A stretch of 36,906 nucleotides of DNA from the NCBI GenBank assembly GCA_046582735.1, contig JAYGDV010000127.1:1-36906 (forward strand), written 5' to 3'. Made by a program: the position numbers and the translations under genes. Position 1 is the stretch's first letter. Each line of letters starts with the position of its first letter. Below are positions 8,097 to 15,453 of this stretch, piece after piece. The stretch is from Planctomycetota bacterium (GTDB lineage Bacteria; Planctomycetota; UBA8108). Below the pieces are notes generated by a model, which was not told where the DNA came from, searched no databases, and saw nothing but the letters and a program-made list of their open reading frames with translations.

Positions 8097-10649
8097 TCAG
8101 GACCCTTCTTCTTTGTTCTTCTTGAATTGCAGGCGAAGCTTTTCCAGCCGGGTAAGGCGTTTCTTGGGCGGCGCCTTTGGAGGCGGCGGAGGTTTCGGTT
8201 TCTCGACCTTCTTGACCACCTTCGGCGGCGGTTTTTTCTTGGGTTTCGGCGGCGGCAGGGGCTTATCGATTCGCAGCTCGGTGCCGCCGGTGGAATGAAC
8301 GATGGACTCGCCGCTTTCAATGATTTCAACACGGCAGGCAATGGTTTTGTGTTTTCCCGCGGGGCTGTCCTTGGCGACTGTGACCTTGAAGGTAACCTCC
8401 TTGGTGTTTGCGTCGATTTCCATTCCCGGGGCCTTGACGTTATGTGGCAGTCCGAAGAGGCTCAGCCGGGCCTTGCCCTCGAATTTTGTACGCTGGTTGA
8501 TCTTGCAGTAGATCTCGGTGTCCTTGCCCTGCTCCGCCGAGGTTTTCTCTGCGGCAAGATCGATGTAGGGCTCCGCTACGCGGAGGGTGGCGAGCTGTGA
8601 GCTTGCCCAGATCCCGCCGCTGGAGCCGTTGACGGCAATCTTCCAGGCCCTCACCTGGGCTCCTCCGTTTGCATTCAGGCTGATGAAGGCTTCGAGCTTG
8701 TCCTTCGGGATATTGACGCCACGCTGCGAGGTGACTCCCGGAGGATTGAAGACCATCTGCAGTGCGATGGGGGCGGTGAAACCCTCCTTGCGTTCAACTA
8801 CGATCTTGAGAGCCATTGACCCGTTGCGAACGAGGGGCACCTTGGGCTCGATAATCTGCAGTTTGAAGGGCGCCTCCTCGGTAACCGCCACAGCCAGCCC
8901 TTTGAGGGTGTGCTTCAGGTATACCGACTGTCCGGGGTTGCCGACCAGGAGATCGATACCGATACGGAAACCGCCGCTGATGTTCTTTTTCTCATCAGCA
9001 TGCTTTGCGCGAACGTCACAGATTTTTCCAGACAGGGGGGCATCGGCGGCGGCCTCGAAGAGCACAGGGATGGTTGTCAGGTTCGCCGGCATGTTTTCAC
9101 CCTGGATGGCGATACCCGCGGGGAGATCGGCGCAGCTGAAGGCCAGGTCCCCGCCGAAGTTCTGCCTGCTGACGGAGACCAGGGCAGTGTAACGGTTCCC
9201 CCTGGGAACGGAGATCGACTGGCGCTCCTGGGAATACCTTCCTACCCGTGGGATCGTGAGGCTGAGGGCGGGCTTTACCGGTGTCAGCTCGAAGCGGTAT
9301 ACGTAATCCGGGCCGCCTTTTCCCAGGTGGTCTCGTACTGTCAGGACGTATTCCTTGGTCTCCGGGGCGGTGAAGCGGAAATAGCTGTCCGGCCCGCGCG
9401 AGTCGTCGTTTCCGGCGAGTCCTTTGCCGGAAAAGTGAGCGATGTTGATTACAGAGTCCAGCGGAGAGCGAATCCTGCGGCCGTAGAGCTCCACCTCGAA
9501 GACCTGGCCCTTGTTGGCTTTGAACCTGAAACAGTCGATGTCGCCGGGCTCGGAGATGATCCCGTTGAAGGCTCCGGGGGCGGTTGCGACAGTGGCCTTG
9601 GCGTGGTTGTTGTTGGGCTCGACCTCCAGTGTGTTTTCGTATTCGCTGAGTCGAAAAACATTCATCGAGGGGGACACCCCCCCCTCATCCTCGAGATGCA
9701 GTCCAAAGTCCTCACGGGCAGCCGGGGGAAGGGTAATCTTCTGTTTGCGGTCCCCACCTGCATCGCCGAGGTAGCTGATCTCGATTTCGGAACCTGCCTT
9801 TGCACCTGCGGGAAGCAGCCCCCTCGGGCGCGGAAAAGTTCCGACATGCAGGCGGTAGCGGCAGTTTCCGTTTCCTCCGTAGGAGCTCTCGCGAACCTGC
9901 ACATAGTAGCTTCCATCCTCGGGAGCGATCACCTGGCAGGTTGAGTCCTGGCGCAGCAGGGCGGAATCGTCTGAAGAGGCGATTTCGAAGCGGGCAGCAT
10001 TCATGATGGCGATATAGGGATCGAAGACCGTACTGCCCAGCCGCATCGCTTCGATCTCGGCGGAGATCCGCTGCCCTTTCTTTACCTCGAAAGTGTAGTA
10101 GTCGACATCCTCGCTCTGAACGATACCGTTTACGGTTGAATTGAGAGAGATTTTCTGTGGTGCGGCAAAGTCACTGTTGGGTTCCTTTTCGGCGACCTCC
10201 GCCAATGAGCCGACAAAGAAGGTCTTCATGTCGGAGATTCCGGTGGCGGTGCGCAGGCGCATTGCGTGGACGCCCAGGCGGCAGTCAGCAGCGATCTTGA
10301 CCCTGGCGAGGACATGCTTGGGATTGGTTACCTTGAATTCAACAAGGCTGAAGCCCGGAGAATAAAAGAGGATCTCCTTCACATCTGCCAGCCGGTCGCC
10401 GTTGAAGTTCACCTCCAGCTCGGTTCCACGCTGTCCTCCGCGGGGAATGATGGAGCCCAGTGATGGAGAGGCGGCCTGCAGGATGCCGGCGGTGAGCAGC
10501 AACAGGCAGGTGGCGCAAAACAACCGGGCGCTCAGCCACCGGGGTTTTCCAGTTCTTGTTTTACCGGGCAGGGGCATAAGAATACTTTCTGTTGACCTTG
10601 GATTCGTTCTTTCCTTGGCCAGGGGCCGATAAGGCGGCTCCCTGTGCAT
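8097..10649 (-). CDS. exported protein with two PPC (pre-peptidase C-terminal) domains, Ig-like/beta-rich middle region and a Lys/Pro-rich C-terminal tail
   Basis: Hydrophobic signal LFCATCLLLLTAGILQAAS. PPC-like blocks: EPNSDF...VNGIVQSEDVDYYTFEVKKGQRISAEIEA...DPYIAIMN...DDS...YYVQVRE, and EPNNNHAKAT...FNGIISEPGDIDCFRFKANKGQVFEVELY...NDDS...YVLTVRD. Tail: PLPPPKPKKKPPPKVVKKVEKPKPPPPPKAPPKK. An alternative start at 10577 (MPLPGKTR...) would remove a 24-aa N-terminal extension. Confidence 0.85.
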   Translation of the reverse strand: MHREPPYRPLAKERTNPRSTESILMPLPGKTRTGKPRWLSARLFCATCLLLLTAGILQAASPSLGSIIPRGGQRGTELEVNFNGDRLADVKEILFYSPGFSLVEFKVTNPKHVLARVKIAADCRLGVHAMRLRTATGISDMKTFFVGSLAEVAEKEPNSDFAAPQKISLNSTVNGIVQSEDVDYYTFEVKKGQRISAEIEAMRLGSTVFDPYIAIMNAARFEIASSDDSALLRQDSTCQVIAPEDGSYYVQVRESSYGGNGNCRYRLHVGTFPRPRGLLPAGAKAGSEIEISYLGDAGGDRKQKITLPPAAREDFGLHLEDEGGVSPSMNVFRLSEYENTLEVEPNNNHAKATVATAPGAFNGIISEPGDIDCFRFKANKGQVFEVELYGRRIRSPLDSVINIAHFSGKGLAGNDDSRGPDSYFRFTAPETKEYVLTVRDHLGKGGPDYVYRFELTPVKPALSLTIPRVGRYSQERQSISVPRGNRYTALVSVSRQNFGGDLAFSCADLPAGIAIQGENMPANLTTIPVLFEAAADAPLSGKICDVRAKHADEKKNISGGFRIGIDLLVGNPGQSVYLKHTLKGLAVAVTEEAPFKLQIIEPKVPLVRNGSMALKIVVERKEGFTAPIALQMVFNPPGVTSQRGVNIPKDKLEAFISLNANGGAQVRAWKIAVNGSSGGIWASSQLATLRVAEPYIDLAAEKTSAEQGKDTEIYCKINQRTKFEGKARLSLFGLPHNVKAPGMEIDANTKEVTFKVTVAKDSPAGKHKTIACRVEIIESGESIVHSTGGTELRIDKPLPPPKPKKKPPPKVVKKVEKPKPPPPPKAPPKKRLTRLEKLRLQFKKNKEEGS

Positions 10650-10695
10650 AAGAACCCTCTCATAGAAGAAAGAAGGGCTTTACCTCCGGCTCTCC

Positions 10696-11997
10696 TCAGG
10701 CGAGGAGCTCTTTGCGAACCTTGCCGCCATCGCAGATCTCTATGGGCCGATCACCCGGCGCCATGAGCTCCTTGTCGGCGACGATGCCCAACTGGTGGTA
10801 GATCGTGGTTGCCCAGTCAGCTACCGTCAGGGCATCTTCCTCGGGCTCGGTGGCTGTCGCATCGGACTTTCCGTAGATGAACCCTTTCTTGATTCCTCCA
10901 CCAGCCAGGACGATGCTGAACACCTTGGGCCAGTGATCCCTTCCCGCGTTTCCATTAATCTTGGGAGTGCGCCCGAATTCCGTCGTCACCACGACGAGGG
11001 TCGAGTCGAGCAGTCCCCGTGTTTCCAGGTCCCTGATCAACCTGGCGAAGGCCTGGTCGAAGGGGGGCATCTGGCCTCTCATGGAATTCCGAATATTGTT
11101 GTGCATGTCCCAGCCCCCGTAGGTCAGGGTGACAAAACGCACCCCTGCTTCGACCAGTCTCCTGGCCAGCAGGAGTCTCTGCCCGGCAGCGTTGCGGCCG
11201 TATTCGTCACGGAGCTTGGCGGGCTCGGCGTTGATGTTGAAGGCCTCCTTGGCCTCCTTGGAGCTGATGAGGCCATAGGCCCTCTGGTAGAAGGTGTCCA
11301 TGGCCTCGAGGCCGTCGGATTTTTCTGTTTCCTTGAAGTGGGAGTTGACCGTCTCGAGGATCGAGCGCCGTCGGTTGAAGCGCTCCGATTTGATCCCGCC
11401 GGCAAGATTGAGATCACGGACCTTGAAGCTGCCGCTGGCCGGATCGCTGCCGAGGCTGAAGGGCGCATAGGACGAGCTCAGGTAGCCGGATCCTGCGAAG
11501 GTATTGGGTTGTCCCGGTATACAGACATAGGGCGGCAGGCTCTTGCGTGGGCCGAACTCGTGTGAAACGATGCTTCCCATGCTGGGGAATACGAGTGCCG
11601 GGCTCGGACGGTAGCCGGTGAACATATTGTGCGTGCCCCGTTCGTGCGCCGCCTCTCCGTGGCTCATAGATCGCACAACGGTGATCTTGTCGGCCACCTG
11701 GGCAGTTTGTTTCATGACCTCGCCGTAGCGCACGCCAGGCAGCTTGGTGCCGATATTGCCCAGCTCGCCGCGGTAGGCCAGGGGGGCATAGGGCTTGGGA
11801 TCAAAGGTGTCCTGGTGCGCCATCCCGCCGGGCATGAAGATGTTGATGACCGACTTGGCGGGGCCTTCCTTGCTTTCGTAAAACTTCTGATCGGCGTTGG
11901 CGGACTTGATGCGGAAGTACTGGTCCAGGGTAAGACCGAGGCCACCGATGGCGCCGACCGTGAGGAAATCACGCCGGCTTGATTTATTGATCTTCAT
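10696..11997 (-). CDS. DUF1501 family protein (sulfatase/alkaline-phosphatase-fold) with a twin-arginine export signal
   Basis: MKINKSSRRDFLTVGAIGGLGL matches the Tat consensus S-R-R-x-F-L. The body is DUF1501-like: FMPGGMAHQDTFDPKP, GWDMH, TTEFGRTPKIN...GRDHWP. Confidence 0.9.
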   Translation of the reverse strand: MKINKSSRRDFLTVGAIGGLGLTLDQYFRIKSANADQKFYESKEGPAKSVINIFMPGGMAHQDTFDPKPYAPLAYRGELGNIGTKLPGVRYGEVMKQTAQVADKITVVRSMSHGEAAHERGTHNMFTGYRPSPALVFPSMGSIVSHEFGPRKSLPPYVCIPGQPNTFAGSGYLSSSYAPFSLGSDPASGSFKVRDLNLAGGIKSERFNRRRSILETVNSHFKETEKSDGLEAMDTFYQRAYGLISSKEAKEAFNINAEPAKLRDEYGRNAAGQRLLLARRLVEAGVRFVTLTYGGWDMHNNIRNSMRGQMPPFDQAFARLIRDLETRGLLDSTLVVVTTEFGRTPKINGNAGRDHWPKVFSIVLAGGGIKKGFIYGKSDATATEPEEDALTVADWATTIYHQLGIVADKELMAPGDRPIEICDGGKVRKELLA

Positions 11998-12066
11998 CTG
12001 GAGTCTCCAGGTGCCTGTCTGTAAATAAAGAATGAACCGAATGAGAGATCTTCGCGTAACTTCAAG

Positions 12067-12096
12067 ATGCTAAGTCACTTGTATGAAACAGGTCAA
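12067..12096 (-). promoter_or_regulatory. candidate sigma70-type promoter for the DUF1501 operon
   Basis: On the minus strand: TTGACC (12096-12091), an 18-nt spacer, then TAGCAT (12072-12067). It sits in an AT-rich 198-bp gap about 70 nt upstream of the DUF1501 start. Motif match only. Confidence 0.3.
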
Positions 12097-12195
12097 TAAA
12101 TTTACCGGGTTGTATTTGGCGGGCGGATGGGGAGAAAAGGGGCCTTGTTGGACACGATGATGTTCAAGGGGGGCTTATAGGCCTTTGAGAGCCTT

Positions 12196-13296
12196 TCAGA
12201 AGGCGATTACGCCCCGCGCTGTCTTTCCCTCGAGCATGTCACCATAGGCGGTATTGATCTCCTCGAGGGGGTAGGTCTTTGATACCAGCCTGTCGAGGTC
12301 GAGTTCCCCACGGAGGTACATTGCGGCATAACGAGGGAAGTCCCTGTGGGGGTCGCAGGAGCCGTAGTAGGAGCCGAGAATGATTTTTTCCTGTCGGGTA
12401 ATGACCGATCCGGGGAAATTTGTTTCTGTTCCTGTGGCTGAGAGGCCGACGAGGATGAGCTTTCCCCCGGGTCGAACAGAATCGAAAGCCGTCTCCTGGA
12501 CTTTCGTGGAGCCGGTCGCCTCGAAAACGTAATCGGCACCACGTTGCCCCGTGGCTGCGATGATGTTTTCGTGCGCCCGCTCATCTGCCTTGAATGCGTG
12601 GGTCGCTCCGAAGGAGCGTGCCAGCTCGAGCTTCTCTTCCCAGAGGTCCACGCAGATGAGAGGACCTGCCCCTGCCAGCCGCGCTCCGGCCAGTATGCTC
12701 AGCCCGACTCCTCCCATTCCGTAGATCACCACCGAGGCGCCCTCTTCGACCTTGACGGTGTTCATCGAGGCGCCGAGACCGGTTGTGACCGCGCAGCCGA
12801 TCAAGGCTGCGACCTCCAGCGGGACCTCCTTGTCGATGGGGACGCAGCAGGCCTCGGGAACGACAGCGTACTCGGCAAAGCAGGCTAGGGCGCAATAGTG
12901 GTAGACCGGCCTGCCGTCAAGCGACAGGCGGGTTGTTCCATCGAGGAGAGTTCCTGCCCAGAGCGCTTTTTTCCAGGTCTCGCAGAGGGCCGGCCGCCTG
13001 TCGGAGCAGTAAAAACAGGAGTCGCACCCCGGTGCCCAACTCAGCGCGACATGGTCGCCCTGCCTGAGCGAGGTGACTCCTTCTCCGAGGGTTTCGACGA
13101 CCCCGGCGCCCTCGTGTCCCACCGCCGCGGGCAGGGGGTGGTCGGTTCCCCCGGTACGTATATGCCAGTCACTGTGGCAGATGCCCGCAGCGCCGATTTT
13201 CACCAGCACTTCTTTTTTGCGTGGTGGGTCGAGGTCGAGAGTTTCGATCTCGAAGGGTTGCCCCGTTTTTTTGACAACAGCTGCCCGGATCTTCAT
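12196..13296 (-). CDS. zinc-dependent alcohol dehydrogenase family (class III/MDR-like)
   Basis: GICHSDWH and GHEGAGVVETLGEGV catalytic zinc motifs. Structural-zinc Cys cluster CDSCFYCSDRRPALC. Rossmann motif VVIYGMGGVGLS. Confidence 0.9.
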   Translation of the reverse strand: MKIRAAVVKKTGQPFEIETLDLDPPRKKEVLVKIGAAGICHSDWHIRTGGTDHPLPAAVGHEGAGVVETLGEGVTSLRQGDHVALSWAPGCDSCFYCSDRRPALCETWKKALWAGTLLDGTTRLSLDGRPVYHYCALACFAEYAVVPEACCVPIDKEVPLEVAALIGCAVTTGLGASMNTVKVEEGASVVIYGMGGVGLSILAGARLAGAGPLICVDLWEEKLELARSFGATHAFKADERAHENIIAATGQRGADYVFEATGSTKVQETAFDSVRPGGKLILVGLSATGTETNFPGSVITRQEKIILGSYYGSCDPHRDFPRYAAMYLRGELDLDRLVSKTYPLEEINTAYGDMLEGKTARGVIAF

Positions 13297-13419
13297 CGTG
13301 AACGGTAACTCAAGGGGTCTCTGCCAGGGAAAGGAACCTCAGGTAAGACCATAGGGTTCAACGGCGGCGGGTCAAGAGGGGACCGCCGGGGTCGACCAGG
13401 AGAGTTACCGGCAATCGGC

Positions 13420-14736
13420 TCAGAAGTAAGCTTCCCAGCGATTGCCCTCGTAGCTCCAGCCCTGCCAGAGGAGCAGGAGCAGGAAGAGACCTCCGCCGTA
13501 GCCGCAGATCTGTACCCACAGGTCAACGGTGTCCTTGTGCTCCTCCTTGGGAGTTTCGCGCAAGAAGAGGTGCAGCGTCTCCTCGATCTCCCCTTCATCG
13601 TTCTTCGATATAATGATGATGCCGTCGGCAGTGCCGACCACACTTTCCTTCTCGACATTTATGTTCCGCTCGAAGAAGTCTTTCAGGGTGCTCGTTTCAG
13701 CTTCTACCTTGGCCTCGAGGGGTTCAAGGTTTTCCTTCTTGTCTTTACTGAGGTTGTTCCTGGTCTTGGCATCTGTGAGAGCGGTTGTCGCTGAATTGAA
13801 ATTGGCCTGCAGCGGAGCCCGTTCGCCGGCGGTCAGAGCGTTTGCATTGCCGTAGGTTGACTTCAGGAATACGAGTCCAGCAAAGCTGGTAATCATCAGG
13901 ATCGACAGGAGGGTGAGCATCTTGGCTTTCTTTGACTCGCGTGCCTTGGCGGTACTGACGGTGCGAAGAAAGCTGTCATCCGGCTTTTTCCCGACGTGGA
14001 AGCATTCGGGGCAGGTGACCAGTTCCTCGGCCCACGTTGCCGAGAGGGAGAGCACGGAATAGCACTCGCTGCAGATGATATCAATCGTTTGGCCACCGCT
14101 CTTGGCGGCCGCCGGCTTTTTCAGATCAGCCGCGGCCTTCTTGGGTTCTTTTTTACCCTTGGCGGCCTTACCCTTGCCAGCGGATCCTTTTTTGCCGTTC
14201 TTTGCTTTTCCCTTGGGCTTGAAGCCCTTTGATTTCTTTTCTTCTTCTTCGGAGTCTTCTGTAGCTGGGGCGTCTTCTTCAAGCTCTGAGACGAGCTCCT
14301 GCGGCAGAGTGTCCGGGACTTCCGGGTACTCCTCACCTGCAGAGTCATCCTCACCAAGGATGTCTGTGGCATCGGAGCCATCGCTATCGTCTTCGGAGAT
14401 CACATCTTCGGACTCTTCAAGATCGATGGCGGGCTCCTCAGGGGGAGCATCATCTTCTGCAGAGGCGTCGGCCTCGGCAAGCAGCGAGTCGAGCTCTTCC
14501 TCGGAGATCTCGGCACTGCTGCCCTGGTCGCCTTCGGAACCGGATTCTTCGGGCTCGAGGTCGTCGGCGTTGAGCAGATCGTCGCCGCTCAAAAGGTCAT
14601 CATCCGTCTCATCGGACGATGCGGTATTTGAATTTTCTTCGCCGGCATCTCCAAGAAGATCGTCCAGATCGTCATTGTCCAGATTGATTTCTTCGAGCGG
14701 ATCGTCAGCAAGTGAATCTTCGCGTTCTTTAGACAT
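13420..14736 (-). CDS. hypothetical membrane protein: ~170-aa poly-acidic N-terminus, Lys/Gly/Ala basic block, CxxC...CxxC zinc ribbon, two TM helices flanking a ~110-aa loop
   Basis: GAGGAG Shine-Dalgarno 7 nt before the ATG. D/E/S-rich N-terminus. KKSKGFKPKGKAKNGKKGSAGKGKAAKGKKEPKK. CSECYSVLSLSATWAEELVTCPECFH. TM1 MLTLLSILMITSFAGLVFL. TM2 GGGLFLLLLLWQGW. I recognise no family. Confidence 0.75.
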   Translation of the reverse strand: MSKEREDSLADDPLEEINLDNDDLDDLLGDAGEENSNTASSDETDDDLLSGDDLLNADDLEPEESGSEGDQGSSAEISEEELDSLLAEADASAEDDAPPEEPAIDLEESEDVISEDDSDGSDATDILGEDDSAGEEYPEVPDTLPQELVSELEEDAPATEDSEEEEKKSKGFKPKGKAKNGKKGSAGKGKAAKGKKEPKKAAADLKKPAAAKSGGQTIDIICSECYSVLSLSATWAEELVTCPECFHVGKKPDDSFLRTVSTAKARESKKAKMLTLLSILMITSFAGLVFLKSTYGNANALTAGERAPLQANFNSATTALTDAKTRNNLSKDKKENLEPLEAKVEAETSTLKDFFERNINVEKESVVGTADGIIIISKNDEGEIEETLHLFLRETPKEEHKDTVDLWVQICGYGGGLFLLLLLWQGWSYEGNRWEAYF

Positions 14737-15043
14737 GATGACTCCTCAGTTTGAATTGCAGCCATGATGCGCAGACCCCGCAGCATCAACGACTTAGCTG
14801 TTTCATGGTATCACAAGGATTGTGCCGGCGAGGTAAAAAATACCCTTAATAGCGGGTGTTCAGTACATGTTAATGCTTACAGGCAAAAGGTTTGTCGTTG
14901 AAGGCGAAGAAGCTGTTGCAGGAAGAGGTAAGCTCCGGGAATCCTGCTGCTTGTTCCGAATATTTTTTGCGGTTACCGGCGATGGTAAAACCATCTTTCC
15001 TGTCATGTTTTAGGTGGTTGTTTCCTGGTGAAGTCGGCATTGC

Positions 15044-15071
15044 TTGACACGGCTCCGGATGGCAATAGGAT
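15044..15071 (+). promoter_or_regulatory. candidate sigma70-type promoter of an orphan + strand transcript
   Basis: TTGACA (15044-15049), a 16-nt spacer, then TAGGAT (15066-15071). No + strand gene lies upstream or downstream. Confidence 0.4.
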
Positions 15072-15077
15072 GAAGGG

Positions 15078-15423
15078 TATGCACCGGTACAGGTCCAACG
15101 CAGACCGAAGGGCGTTCCTTTTTGGCCCAGAGGGCCCGGGGCGTCTTACCGGATCCGGAGGCAGCCATCGACCGCTGCAACCGGGAGGCGGGTCTCCTGG
15201 GCTCGCTGGAACAGGTCGAGAAAGGAGGTGGTCAATAGATGTATCAACCTACGGTGATAAGCGAGGTGGTGACCTCCTGAATTGAATGATGATCCCGAGG
15301 GTGCTTGCCGGTACCCCCCGGACTCAGGAGAGTCAGGGAGGATCCAGGCACCACCGGAGCCCTGATGGTCCGCATAATCACCTGCGGGTGGCCCTGCACG
15401 GGGCCGACCATCAGGGCTTTTTT
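15078..15423 (+). ncRNA. candidate orphan structured RNA or leader-like transcript (~345 nt), class unknown
   Basis: It is bounded by the promoter-like element and a strong intrinsic terminator, inside a 717-bp gap with no convincing ORF. Nested helices read by eye: TCGACC (15168-73) with GGTCGA (15214-19), enclosing CCGGGAG(15181-87)/CTCCTGG(15194-200). AGGAGGT (15223-29) pairs with ACCTCCT (15272-78). GATCC (15291-95) pairs with GGATC (15340-44), enclosing GACTC-AGGA-GAGTC (15321-34). Confidence 0.35.
15358..15423 (+). terminator. rho-independent terminator (+ orientation)
   Basis: A 13-bp stem, AGCCCTGATGGTC (15358-70) with GACCATCAGGGCT (15406-18). It is capped by two small hairpins (CACC-tgcg-GGTG and GGCCC-tgcacg-GGGCC) and followed by a T6 run. 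On the minus strand the same hairpin lies 30 nt past the phnW stop but has no U-tract there. Confidence 0.7.
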
Positions 15424-15453
15424 GTGCTCCCCCCCTGTACCTGAAAGGCAGGC

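Noticed and set aside
15044-15423. Assignment of the orphan transcript to a known housekeeping RNA (RNase P RNA, tmRNA, SRP/4.5S RNA, 6S RNA) or a common riboswitch (TPP, cobalamin)
   Set aside because: I found no GAGGAAAGUCC or ACAGAA..CCGGCUUA RNase P blocks. There is no tRNA-like T-arm or CCA end, no GGUCCGGAAGGAAGCAGCC SRP core, no CUGAGA...ACCUGAUCUGGAUAAUGCCAGCG TPP core and no B12 box. There is also no downstream gene for a riboswitch to control. This was only an eye scan, so a covariance-model search is still needed.
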